The notes beneath the pieces are model-generated. The model ran no database searches. It was given only the letters and a program-made list of their open reading frames with translations, and had not been told where the DNA came from. A stretch of 64,000 nucleotides of DNA from a virus, in the IMG/VR virus record IMGVR_UViG_3300029875_000005, positions 1 to 64,000 of that record; one strand, 5' to 3'. Numbering within the stretch: the stretch's first letter is position 1; each line of letters opens with the position of its first letter. Of this stretch, positions 53,657 through 61,830 are shown in pieces. The translations under genes were made by a program, and so were the position numbers.

Positions 53657-53701
53657 CACCATAAATAAGTTTTGAACGAGTTTTGTTCTCGTTTACGGAT
53701 G

Positions 53702-53709
53702 CAAAGATA
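53702..53709 (-). promoter_or_regulatory. candidate -7 box TATCTTTG (leftward, early operon)
   Basis: Matches TAnnTTTG on the - strand, about 65 nt upstream of the Cro-like ATG. Confidence 0.45.
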
Positions 53710-53750
53710 CATGTTTGTAGACAAATATCCAAGGATATAGGCATTAATTT

Positions 53751-54155
53751 ATGGTTAATTTACGTATTTACACAAATATAAACACTAGCAGTATGGAAGG
53801 ATTAAGAGATAGAATCAACGAGGTAAGAGACCATTACAGGCTGACTAACAGAGGGTTTGCTGACGCTATCGGGGCAAAACCTGCTGCTACGAACAATTAT
53901 TTGAACGGCACAAAGGAGCCTTCAATGGAGTTTATAAACAGAATACTGACTACATACGTAGACATATCAGCAGATTGGCTACTTTGTGGCAGAGGCAGTA
54001 TGTTTTACGATGCAGACAAGCAGACGGACGAAAAACTGCTGAAAGAACTAGCAGAAACAAAAGTAAAGTTGCTAGTACAGGAAGGAGTGGTTAAGGAGTT
54101 AAAGCAAATCATCAGCGAGAAGATTGCTGAAAGAGACAAAAGCCTAGTTGGCTAA
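53751..54155 (+). CDS. CI-like XRE-family repressor
   Basis: HTH segment LTNRGFADAIGAKPAATNNYLNGTKEPSMEFINRIL, with a coiled-coil C-terminus. An alternative start is the ATG at 53793. Confidence 0.7.
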   Translation: MVNLRIYTNINTSSMEGLRDRINEVRDHYRLTNRGFADAIGAKPAATNNYLNGTKEPSMEFINRILTTYVDISADWLLCGRGSMFYDADKQTDEKLLKELAETKVKLLVQEGVVKELKQIISEKIAERDKSLVG

Positions 54156-54200
54156 TACGATAAAGGGGAGCCTTCTTTGCGAAGACTCCCCTTGGTTATA

Positions 54201-55334
54201 TTACATCTTTCCTTCGAGGGCATCGAAAGCAGATTGTACGTCCTTATTTAATGTACGTGCGTATCTAGTAGTTTGACGCAAGGTAGTGTGTCCAAGCACC
54301 CTTGCCACAATGTTGATAGGCATTCCCTTAGACAGGAATAAGGTTGCCGCAGTCGCTCTACCCATGTGGGTATGCAGCCTGTCAACGCCAACCATCTGCC
54401 CGATCGCCTTCAGATAATCATTATACTTCTGATTCGTCATTCTAGGCAGCTTGAAGTCATACTTCTGTAGTATCTCCAGGGCAGGTTTGAGAAGTTGGAA
54501 TACGAAATCCGTATCTGTTTTCGTTCTCTTAGCGTGATAGAACATCTTGCCGCCAATCTCCTCGCAGTTAGTATAATCGAACGATGCAAGGTCAGAGTAT
54601 GCAAGTCCGGTATAGCATTGGAAGAGGAACAAATCTCTTGCATGGAGAATATGAGGTGTTGAGAGTTTCAGTTTCTTGATGGCAGCAAACTGCTCTTCGG
54701 TGACACAATCAACATACTGCTTTTCTCCCTTACCAATATGGAATGGCAGAAACTTATAAGGATTCTGCTCAATAAGTCCGTCTATCATCGCATCATTGAT
54801 GAACAACTTGAGATACTTGTGATAGTCATAGATTGTGCATTGAGCCTTATCCTGTCTGTGGAGATACTCATCCATTGAACGCACCTTCGATACGTTGCAG
54901 TCTTGGAATGACTTTATCTTCCCCCACGTCTTCAGAAATTTGATAAAGACATCATAGCGTTTCTTGGTATGCTCGCACACCTTACGCTCATTTCGTCTTC
55001 TCTCGCAGTACTCGATGAAAGAAGTTCCTTCGTCTTCTCCGTTCATCTGTGAGATAACCACATTTAAGTCACAACAGCCTTCCTTAACCATCTTACTGAT
55101 GATTTCGTTTGCTCTCGCGCGGTATGCCTGTATGATTTCATTCAGTTCATCCGCATCTTTTCTCTTGATAACCATCTTTGACGCATCAGACCATTGTGTA
55201 GTTGTCACTTTCACGCCTGTGGAAAAGTACTTCCTTTGACGCTTGGCACAAAAGCATAATTCTACCGAAACTTCATGTTTTGAGGTCGCTCGCTTCAAAC
55301 GATTGTGAATAATACTTAAATTAATTTTTGCCAT
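54201..55334 (-). CDS. int: tyrosine integrase (Bacteroidota IntDOT-like type)
   Basis: Start set at MAKINLSIIH (ATG at 55334). Box II HMGRAT (HxxR), then LGHTTLRQTTRYA (His and the Tyr nucleophile). Confidence 0.85.
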   Translation of the reverse strand: MAKINLSIIHNRLKRATSKHEVSVELCFCAKRQRKYFSTGVKVTTTQWSDASKMVIKRKDADELNEIIQAYRARANEIISKMVKEGCCDLNVVISQMNGEDEGTSFIEYCERRRNERKVCEHTKKRYDVFIKFLKTWGKIKSFQDCNVSKVRSMDEYLHRQDKAQCTIYDYHKYLKLFINDAMIDGLIEQNPYKFLPFHIGKGEKQYVDCVTEEQFAAIKKLKLSTPHILHARDLFLFQCYTGLAYSDLASFDYTNCEEIGGKMFYHAKRTKTDTDFVFQLLKPALEILQKYDFKLPRMTNQKYNDYLKAIGQMVGVDRLHTHMGRATAATLFLSKGMPINIVARVLGHTTLRQTTRYARTLNKDVQSAFDALEGKM

Positions 55335-55448
55335 TTTGATAACACATTTTTTACAAGGTGATAACACATTGATAACACACCTTCCGATTCAACAATTTGC
55401 GTGAATAATACAAACCGTTGTGATTCAGATAGTTATACCCAAAATGCG

Positions 55449-55473
55449 TTTAAACCAGTTTTAAACCAGTTTA
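55449..55473. repeat. tandem 11-nt repeat TTTAAACCAGT x2.3
   Basis: Two exact tandem units plus a partial third, about 115 nt upstream of the integrase ATG. Confidence 0.85.
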
Positions 55474-55770
55474 GAAAATCAATCTTTATGACATATCTCT
55501 TTAAAAAACAAAAAGCAATCTATATAAGTATCTGTTATTCAATACGTTATATAGACTGCTTATTTGATTTTTTCTTGACTAAACGTTGCGTTTTTACGCC
55601 TAAAAAGTGATTCCGTTGGGGTCACAACCAATTTCTCACAAAACTGTCTATATCAGCCACTTATCTTTCGGGTGCAAAGATAGTGATAACATTTTTATAG
55701 CACAAATTTTTCATTACTTTTTAACTATATTTTGCAAAAGTTGAAATTTGGCGGTTTCAAATACTTTTCT

Positions 55771-55778
55771 TACTTTTG
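55771..55778 (+). promoter_or_regulatory. candidate promoter: TACTTTTG -7 box with TTTG at -33 spacing
   Basis: TAnnTTTG at 55771-55778 with a TTTG at 55746-55749, 21 nt upstream. No ORF follows. Confidence 0.45.
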
Positions 55779-55851
55779 CACTCGTCAATGTGACGATTGA
55801 TATAAGACTTCGATATTCAACCTGTATTCAATAGGTTCAATATAAATCACG

Positions 55852-55894
55852 AAATCCCTAGGTCGGCGTCACACGACTTGGGGATTTTTATTTT
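55852..55894 (+). terminator. strong intrinsic terminator in the ORF-free region
   Basis: AAATCCCTAGGTCG-GCGTCACA-CGACTTGGGGATTT forms a 14-bp stem with two G-U pairs, followed by TTATTTT. Confidence 0.7.
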
Positions 55895-56202
55895 CCCCGA
55901 GTTTTTGGCGGTCATGGTAGTTTGTCGGTTAACTCCACTCGGCTACGCTGACTTTAAACCCAAGTCGCAAGAGGACGCATGGCGACATCGCAGGATTTGA
56001 TAGCAGAAGGCGAGCAAGGCGGTAACTACACCGAAAGCTGCTTAGGTCAACTGATGTAGATTATCAAGTGACCAGATGATGGGGGTGATTGCCTCAGCGG
56101 AAATAATTTTTTGTGTGCTATCGCATACGTGTGCGATAAGGGGGATTCTAGAATCCGAAGGCTCTTAGCCTAGCGGTTTTAACATTAAAAATAAAAATAG
56201 TT

Positions 56203-56658
56203 ATGAATAAAAACTTAAATGAGTGGATTAAGAATAATCGTAGCAAGCTTATCGCTACTCGAACAAGGGCAGAGAGGTATTTGTTTAGCAAATTACCTCG
56301 AAATATAAGACAGAGTGCAAAAATTCAGCACCCTATCATAGTAAACGACCATGTATACTTCGTTGATATATATCTGCCAAAGATACAAGTCGCTATCGAA
56401 GTTGATGGTTGGTCTCATGCTGCAAAGCAAGAGAAAGACGATTTGCGAGATAAGGAACTTTTGAGTTTGAACATCAAAACTCTTAGGATAAGCAACACAG
56501 AAGTGTTCTGTGATGATATAAGAAATATGCTCATTGATGCAATCAAAGATTATCCTGTCATTAAGAAGTTGACAAAGAAGGAGAAAAAGGAGCGCATCGC
56601 AAGACAAAGAGAGAAACTTAAAGATATTTATCAGAAACTTAAAAATAATTGCGTATAA
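56203..56658 (+). CDS. DUF559 / Vsr-fold endonuclease-like protein
   Basis: RAERYLFSKL...KIQHPIIVNDHVYFVDIYLPKIQVAIEVDGWSHAAKQEKDDLRDKELL...ISNTEVF matches the DUF559 pattern. Confidence 0.7.
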   Translation: MNKNLNEWIKNNRSKLIATRTRAERYLFSKLPRNIRQSAKIQHPIIVNDHVYFVDIYLPKIQVAIEVDGWSHAAKQEKDDLRDKELLSLNIKTLRISNTEVFCDDIRNMLIDAIKDYPVIKKLTKKEKKERIARQREKLKDIYQKLKNNCV

Positions 56659-56660
56659 TT

Positions 56661-57122
56661 ATGAAGAAGATTTTGTTAGCGACCTTAGTTGTCGCAAGTT
56701 TGTTCACCTCTTGTAAGGAGCACTTCTCTGACGGAGAGCGTGTAGGTACAGTTACCAAGTTTAGCAAGGCTGGTGTTTTTTGGGATTCTTGGGATGGTCT
56801 CTTGAACATTACTCAGACAGGAATGAACTCCAGTGGAGAGCCATTCACTTTCTCTATTGATAATGACCGCAACGACCAACAGAAACTCATCGACACCTTG
56901 GTTAAGGCACAGGTGGAGGGATGGAAGGTCAAGATTAAATATCACCAAGTATGGGGTGCGAAGAATGTTTTCAACAATCGCGGTGAGAGTGATTTTTTCG
57001 TAGATGATGTAATCGTTCTTGATAAGAATTTCTCTAAGATTGGCGATATAGTGAAGGGAACTTCCAAGCCGAGTGCAAGCGTTCCTAAGCGTGACACCAT
57101 CCTAGTGAAGATAGTTAAGTAA
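56661..57122 (+). CDS. lipoprotein of unknown function
   Basis: MKKILLATLVVASLFTSCKEH is a signal peptide plus lipobox. The ATG at 56661 is the preferred start. Confidence 0.7.
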   Translation: MKKILLATLVVASLFTSCKEHFSDGERVGTVTKFSKAGVFWDSWDGLLNITQTGMNSSGEPFTFSIDNDRNDQQKLIDTLVKAQVEGWKVKIKYHQVWGAKNVFNNRGESDFFVDDVIVLDKNFSKIGDIVKGTSKPSASVPKRDTILVKIVK

Positions 57123-57128
57123 CTAATC

Positions 57129-57153
57129 GCCCTCTCTTAGGAGGGGGCTTTTT
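57129..57153 (+). terminator. intrinsic terminator
   Basis: GCCCTCTC-TTAG-GAGGGGGC forms an 8-bp stem followed by TTTTT. Confidence 0.75.
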
Positions 57154-57164
57154 AATTATAGCGT

Positions 57165-57416
57165 ATGAAAGAAGAAGATTTAAAGAAAGCTATTGAGTTG
57201 AAGGATAAACTTGATAGCGAAAGACAACTTTTAAGGTTTGTACATTTTCCGTCTGTGTATTTAAGAGTTAATCTTGAAGAAAACAGCGACCACGGACGTA
57301 TTCGTAACATAGATTACCTTCTCGATAATGATGTTATCAAAGGACTGAGAGCGATGGTTATCGCCAATATCGAGAAGAGAATTAATGACTTACTGGAAGA
57401 ATTAAAAAAGTTGTAG
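57165..57416 (+). CDS. hypothetical small helical protein
   Basis: 83-aa ORF. Confidence 0.5.
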   Translation: MKEEDLKKAIELKDKLDSERQLLRFVHFPSVYLRVNLEENSDHGRIRNIDYLLDNDVIKGLRAMVIANIEKRINDLLEELKKL

Positions 57417-57420
57417 GCTT

Positions 57421-57702
57421 ATGGGAAGTTTTATAAAAGAGCGTCTTATTTTTGCATACTGCTGGACGCATTCGACCGGTAGATGTAAGGATTGCACTTG
57501 TTGTTACACCTTCAAGAAATGTAAGCACTTCGTAAATTCTTTTTGGAAGATACACCGCTACAGGCATTATCACAAGACAAAAGCGAAATATCCATGTACG
57601 CTTGTCGAGTTTAGGAAGAGAGTTAGACCATTTGATGCTTTTAATGAACGCATCGCTAAGATGAAAGAGAAGAATGGAAAGGCTTGCAAAGGTAATGGAT
57701 AA
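57421..57702 (+). CDS. Cys/His-rich basic small protein
   Basis: 93 aa containing CWTHSTGRCKDCTCCYTFKKCKHF. Confidence 0.45.
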   Translation: MGSFIKERLIFAYCWTHSTGRCKDCTCCYTFKKCKHFVNSFWKIHRYRHYHKTKAKYPCTLVEFRKRVRPFDAFNERIAKMKEKNGKACKGNG

Positions 57703-58129
57703 GTACTTGAAGGAAGCTGTCGCTGATTGGAATAAGAAGGAAGTTCTGACCCTCACCATCAGCAAGCAATGGTTCGACATGATTCTATCAGGCGAGAAGA
57801 CAGAGGAGTATCGGGTGATTAAAGGTTTTTGGATGAGTCGTCTTCTCCTTATCAAGGATGAAGAGTGCAAAGATTTCGATAAGTACAAAAAACTCCACAT
57901 AGGAAAGAACGAGGAAATGCTTATAGATACCGACACTATCAAGAAATTGTTGGATGATGGTACTATGAAGTTCATACCCTTTACCTACGTACTCTTCAAA
58001 AATGGCTACTATGACGATAGCCCAAAGGTTGTGAAGGAGATTGAGAGTATTACCATCGGCAAGCCTAAGAAAGGCTTATGCCCCGATAAATGGCTTGATA
58101 CTGAGTTTTTTATCATTAAATTTAAGTAG
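57674..58129 (+). CDS. ASCH (PUA-like) domain protein
   Basis: LTLTISKQWFDMILSGEKTEEYRVIKGFW is an ASCH N-terminal signature. Confidence 0.6.
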   Translation: MERLAKVMDKYLKEAVADWNKKEVLTLTISKQWFDMILSGEKTEEYRVIKGFWMSRLLLIKDEECKDFDKYKKLHIGKNEEMLIDTDTIKKLLDDGTMKFIPFTYVLFKNGYYDDSPKVVKEIESITIGKPKKGLCPDKWLDTEFFIIKFK

Positions 58130-58132
58130 CGT

Positions 58133-58366
58133 ATGACAAACAAGGATTTTTATAATGCTCATCTAGGTAAGCGAGTTCTTTATAAGGGCAAGGATATTGG
58201 CGCATATGTAGCAGGGTATATTGAAGATAAGTATATCATATTAGGTTTTAATGATTATACTGGCTGCATTCTATACTTTACATCTAAAGTGTATAAAACG
58301 CTTGGCGAAACATATAACTCTTACCGATTCGCAAAGTTGAAGTATTTGGAAGTAATAGAATCTTAG
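58133..58366 (+). CDS. hypothetical small protein
   Basis: 77-aa ORF. Confidence 0.5.
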   Translation: MTNKDFYNAHLGKRVLYKGKDIGAYVAGYIEDKYIILGFNDYTGCILYFTSKVYKTLGETYNSYRFAKLKYLEVIES

Positions 58367-58368
58367 TT

Positions 58369-59061
58369 ATGAAAAAGGAAGATAGAATCAAAGTTTGGGA
58401 GAAGTACGGCCATCATTGCGCATACTGCGGAAAAGAAATAAAGTTCGAAGATATGCAAGTAGACCATTTCGTTCCCAAGAATCGTGGCGGTTACCCTCGT
58501 TGGAGTGATAAGGAAGGTAAGTATGTCGTTTCTCATGGTGAGGATAGTATGGAGAATTACATGCCTTCTTGCCGCGCCTGTAACTTTAGAAAGCGTGATA
58601 TGGGTATCGAACTATTCCGTGAATCTATAAAGGAACAGGCGAAAGGTCTGCTAACAGGTGCTGCAAAGTTCAAAGTAAGTATGAGTATCGCTTATGGTCT
58701 GCTTACTCCTTCTTTCAACAAGCCTATCGTATTCTATTTTGAGAAATGTATGAATTACAAAGATAGACTTACGAAATATACTCAAGGAAGGCTGTCAGAA
58801 TTATCAAATGTTGACGATTATGAACCAAACAAATTAGCGTTAACTAACCTGTTGTGGTTTCTTGACAAGGTAATCAGTAATGAAGTGATTGTCGCAAAGC
58901 TTAAAATCATGTCTGATGCAGACAGGAAACGAATGAAATACCTTTCTAGGTATGATGGTAACGAATCGTTATACGATGATGAATATTCCAAGGCAGAAAG
59001 TACTATAGCCAAGGAGTGCTTGAAGTATTTACAGAACAAAAAAGAAGTAGCGTATGACTAG
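58369..59061 (+). CDS. HNH endonuclease
   Basis: HCAYCGKEIKFEDMQVDHFVPKNRGG ... NYMPSCRACNFRKRD is an HNH pattern (CxxC...H...N...CxxC). Confidence 0.8.
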   Translation: MKKEDRIKVWEKYGHHCAYCGKEIKFEDMQVDHFVPKNRGGYPRWSDKEGKYVVSHGEDSMENYMPSCRACNFRKRDMGIELFRESIKEQAKGLLTGAAKFKVSMSIAYGLLTPSFNKPIVFYFEKCMNYKDRLTKYTQGRLSELSNVDDYEPNKLALTNLLWFLDKVISNEVIVAKLKIMSDADRKRMKYLSRYDGNESLYDDEYSKAESTIAKECLKYLQNKKEVAYD

Positions 59062-59287
59062 TATTAGAAAAGCTAAAAAGCAAATGAAGAAGGCTCGTCC
59101 CTATTGGGAAAGTCAAGGTTACAGGTTTAGGCGCAAGGCTAAGATAATCAGGTATTCGTTGAAGTCTTTGCTTGGTGATTATAGCACTAAATGGATATAC
59201 TACTGCTTTGTTAATATGGATGGGCGAATACAAAATCACTTTCCTATCCGGATAGAATCAAAGAGATACAGAAAAAGCAGAGCCTAG
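59054..59287 (+). CDS. basic small protein
   Basis: 77-aa ORF, K/R-rich. Its stop lies inside a hairpin shared with the convergent gene. Confidence 0.45.
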   Translation: MTSIRKAKKQMKKARPYWESQGYRFRRKAKIIRYSLKSLLGDYSTKWIYYCFVNMDGRIQNHFPIRIESKRYRKSRA

Positions 59288-59700
59288 TGCCCTGCTTTTT
59301 CCTTGTCTTCACGTTCTCGTTTCTCAGCTATAGCCTGTCTGATCCATTCGGCTTTGTTGCGTCCTAGGGATTCGAAAAACTCAAACGTTTTTTCGTTTAC
59401 ATGCGTCACAACCCTGTAGATGAGGGCAGCTGCGCCCTTGCTCGGTGCTCCGGCTCGCTCTCTGCGACCACCCCACCCTGGATGCTGACTGACCTTGCAT
59501 TGCTGAACCTTGCCCTTGCTATTGATGCGGAACTTCATTTTCAGCCGGTCATTTACCCATACTTCAGCAATTACCGCATCGGGCGTCTGCTGAAGGGTAG
59601 ATTTGGCAATACCGATAAGATAGGCTTTATCCTTGAAAAAGGTCTCTGTCTCATCGAGTATCGCCCAATCATCGTAGATTATGATTCTTGCCCTTTCCAT
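59284..59700 (-). CDS. hypothetical protein, possible C-terminal ribbon-helix-helix
   Basis: 138 aa. The C-terminus reads KTFEFFESLGRNKAEWIRQAIAEKRERE. Confidence 0.55.
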   Translation of the reverse strand: MERARIIIYDDWAILDETETFFKDKAYLIGIAKSTLQQTPDAVIAEVWVNDRLKMKFRINSKGKVQQCKVSQHPGWGGRRERAGAPSKGAAALIYRVVTHVNEKTFEFFESLGRNKAEWIRQAIAEKREREDKEKAGH

Positions 59701-59765
59701 ATTCTCAACCTAATATTGCCATCAGTATCGTGAATAAGAAGATAAAGAGCACGAACCATTCCTGT

Positions 59766-59936
59766 TTACTCATAGCTTACCCCCTTTCTTCTTCTCTTGC
59801 GATGATAAATTTGAAGTGCTTTAACAACTCTGTGGTCTTCTTTCCAACCAAAAGAAGCTTTAATCACTCGTTTCGTCCAATATCGTTTCTTCTTTTCTGA
59901 ACCGAGAAGTATCTTCTTTACTAGTCTTGCTTTCAT
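59766..59936 (-). CDS. 56-aa basic micro-protein (below the ORF-track cutoff)
   Basis: Hand translation: MKARLVKKILLGSEKKKRYWTKRVIKASFGW... The start overlaps the upstream stop (ATGA). Confidence 0.35.
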   Translation of the reverse strand: MKARLVKKILLGSEKKKRYWTKRVIKASFGWKEDHRVVKALQIYHRKRRRKGVSYE

Positions 59937-60295
59937 TGCTTACCTCCTTTCTTGTCGAATTTATTGCCAACTACTTTTAGTTGCCTGTTACGCAACATTC
60001 TCCCTAAAGTATTTGGGTAGAGAACAGGGTGTTCTGTATAGACCAAACTAAAACTAGTGTTGCCTTGATTCCAAACCACCTCGAAGATGCTGTCTGTCTT
60101 TTCACATCTGAGCAAATCATGCTCATAGATAGGAAAACCGTTACAATCCCGTGCGCCTGTAAATTGGCAGAGGGTGTTGGTGTCTATAGTAGGATTAATA
60201 TTTCCTCTCGAAAAGAACTGACTATTAGCATAAGGTTTGCAATCTAACCACATTTCTGTATCAATTAGCTTTGCCTTGAAATTGATTTCGCTCAT
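59933..60295 (-). CDS. YopX-like protein
   Basis: FKAKLIDTEMW...QFTGARDCNGFPIYEHDLLRCE...FEVVWNQG...LKVVGNKFD fits the YopX family pattern. Confidence 0.55.
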   Translation of the reverse strand: MSEINFKAKLIDTEMWLDCKPYANSQFFSRGNINPTIDTNTLCQFTGARDCNGFPIYEHDLLRCEKTDSIFEVVWNQGNTSFSLVYTEHPVLYPNTLGRMLRNRQLKVVGNKFDKKGGKQ

Positions 60296-60579
60296 TTCTC
60301 CCCTCCTTCCTCGATTACTCCTATCGGTTTGATGTCGTTCACACTTTCATCCTCGGTGAAGAAGGAAACCTTCATCATGTCGCTCACGTAGGCCATAGCC
60401 ACAACATCTTCATGTGCGTTCTTGATGATACAGATGTCTCCTCTTACCTCGTTCTGCATTTTCAGATACTTCACGGCTGCATCCTTCACCGCCAAAGGAT
60501 TCATTTTCTTTGTTATCGTCTCACCCGACTGAGGGAAGACGAAGATAAATTCTTGCTTATTCATATTCTTAAAAATCAA
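60292..60579 (-). CDS. hypothetical early protein
   Basis: 95-aa ORF with a 4-nt overlap with the downstream gene. Confidence 0.55.
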   Translation of the reverse strand: MIFKNMNKQEFIFVFPQSGETITKKMNPLAVKDAAVKYLKMQNEVRGDICIIKNAHEDVVAMAYVSDMMKVSFFTEDESVNDIKPIGVIEEGGEK

Positions 60580-60943
60580 ATAATTCTAGTTGTACATATC
60601 TCTTCTTCGGGAGTAGATTTTCTATTTCCTTCAGTATCTTAGCTGCGCTCTTACAAACAGAACTATTTCGGTTGCGCTCTTGTTCTATCTGTACGTTAAG
60701 CCAATGTTTTACCCAATTCAAAGCATGCTCTATGGCATCTTCCTGTGTCTTGAACCAATTCGTGTTGCTGAGGTTAGTTCCAAACGCCCCTCCTCTATCT
60801 GCTAGCATGTACGTCACACCATACGTCCACTTTCCTCTAACATAAGCTGTGGATATTTCGATATGGGGGATTCCGCTGCCGATTTCTGTCTTGTCAGGAT
60901 TCTTGCATACACCGAACTCGTTGAATAGAAATTTCTTTATCAT
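60569..60943 (-). CDS. hypothetical early protein
   Basis: 124-aa ORF. Confidence 0.55.
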   Translation of the reverse strand: MIKKFLFNEFGVCKNPDKTEIGSGIPHIEISTAYVRGKWTYGVTYMLADRGGAFGTNLSNTNWFKTQEDAIEHALNWVKHWLNVQIEQERNRNSSVCKSAAKILKEIENLLPKKRYVQLELFDF

Positions 60944-61212
60944 TATTCCATTTCACTTTCTGTTATCAACAACTCATCAAACATAATACTATCCTTGCAT
61001 GAGCAGCTCCATGATGATTCGTCCTTGTCTTCAGACACTTCATAGTTATCGGGATATTTCTCCTTGTAGAAGTCTAGGATATTATTCTCCTCTTCTGCCA
61101 TCTGCTCCTTTGCTGCGGTCTTGGTGGAGTAAACTCCGATAACATTAACGGACGAATAGTCTTGGTTGTCTGCTCCGTGCTTAATCAACACAAATAATTT
61201 CTGTTTCTTCAT
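60943..61212 (-). CDS. acidic small early protein
   Basis: 89-aa ORF, D/E-rich. Confidence 0.55.
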   Translation of the reverse strand: MKKQKLFVLIKHGADNQDYSSVNVIGVYSTKTAAKEQMAEEENNILDFYKEKYPDNYEVSEDKDESSWSCSCKDSIMFDELLITESEME

Positions 61213-61213
61213 C

Positions 61214-61387
61214 TTACTCGCCCTCCTTCTCTTCTACATCAAACGAAACACTTTCCAACTCGCCATTCTCCAAACAACCCAAATCGTACAAACGTCTTGC
61301 GGCATTCTCTGCGTCTTCGGATGATGCTGCGTCTAGCGGTACCTTGTAGGTGATTTTCTCTACGATTTCAACTTCATACCTTTTCAT
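61214..61387 (-). CDS. acidic small early protein
   Basis: Start set at MKRYEVEIVEK (ATG at 61387). Confidence 0.5.
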   Translation of the reverse strand: MKRYEVEIVEKITYKVPLDAASSEDAENAARRLYDLGCLENGELESVSFDVEEKEGE

Positions 61388-61542
61388 AATCAAATCCTTT
61401 CTTTTAAAAATTAATACTAGTGGGCGGATGGTACGTTGCAACCATCTGTATCGGCTTGAATACCGAATTCGCCCTATATATAACAACAACAACTATTTTC
61501 TCTTCTCGTTTATCTTTTCAAGACAAGTGCTCTTGTCTACGC

Positions 61543-61785
61543 TTACATATCCTCTACAATATCTTCAAAACTCTTCTTCTTAATCTCCATGGAAATCAGA
61601 CTGCTTATGTCTAGAACTTTCGTTTCCTCGTACTCTCTGGACGTATCGTCATGGATATATATACAGAAACTATCTATCTCGTATCTGTCGCTATTGAACA
61701 GAGTATAGCTTGATGTAGGAAAGCGGAAAATGATTCTGCTCCAATCCTTTTTATCCAACAGATTTTTAACAACTGAATTAGTCAT
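61543..61785 (-). CDS. hypothetical small early protein
   Basis: 80-aa ORF followed by a 7-bp hairpin, AGACAAG-AGCA-CTTGTCT on the - strand (61521-61538). Confidence 0.5.
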   Translation of the reverse strand: MTNSVVKNLLDKKDWSRIIFRFPTSSYTLFNSDRYEIDSFCIYIHDDTSREYEETKVLDISSLISMEIKKKSFEDIVEDM

Positions 61786-61801
61786 ACTTGAAATGGTTTG
61801 T

Positions 61802-61821
61802 GAGGGAGATTTCTCTCCCTC
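61802..61821 (-). promoter_or_regulatory. intercistronic stem-loop (same cassette type as 41.5-42.7 kb)
   Basis: - strand reads TAA-GTTTAACCC-GAGGGAGA-GAAA-TCTCCCTC, an 8-bp stem with a GNRA loop directly after a stop codon. Confidence 0.6.
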
Positions 61822-61830
61822 GGGTTAAAC

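Noticed and set aside
54600-54602. The integrase has Ala where the canonical box I arginine is expected (CYTGLAYSDL instead of TGLRxSD), which could suggest an inactive recombinase.
   Set aside because: An Arg lies exactly 12 residues upstream (HARDLFLFQCYTGLA). As I recall, the Bacteroides IntDOT family shows the same arrangement, with a non-Arg residue at the aligned position and an upstream Arg acting as Arg I. The HxxR, His and Tyr residues are intact, so this is most likely a family trait and not a defect.
55401-55610. A 69-aa + strand ORF upstream of the integrase.
   Set aside because: It is AT-rich and low-complexity, starts at a GTG, and spans the tandem 11-mer repeats. It is more plausibly regulatory or attP DNA.
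55900-56190. Possibility that the structured ORF-free segment is a tmRNA, RNase P RNA, SRP RNA or riboswitch, which are common phage integration targets.
   Set aside because: I could not find the hallmark sequences from memory. There is no GGGG...tRNA-like 3' end with a UUCGA T-loop and CCA for tmRNA, no GAGGAAAGUCC-type P4 elements, and no SRP GGAA tetraloop motif context. A covariance-model scan is needed before naming it.
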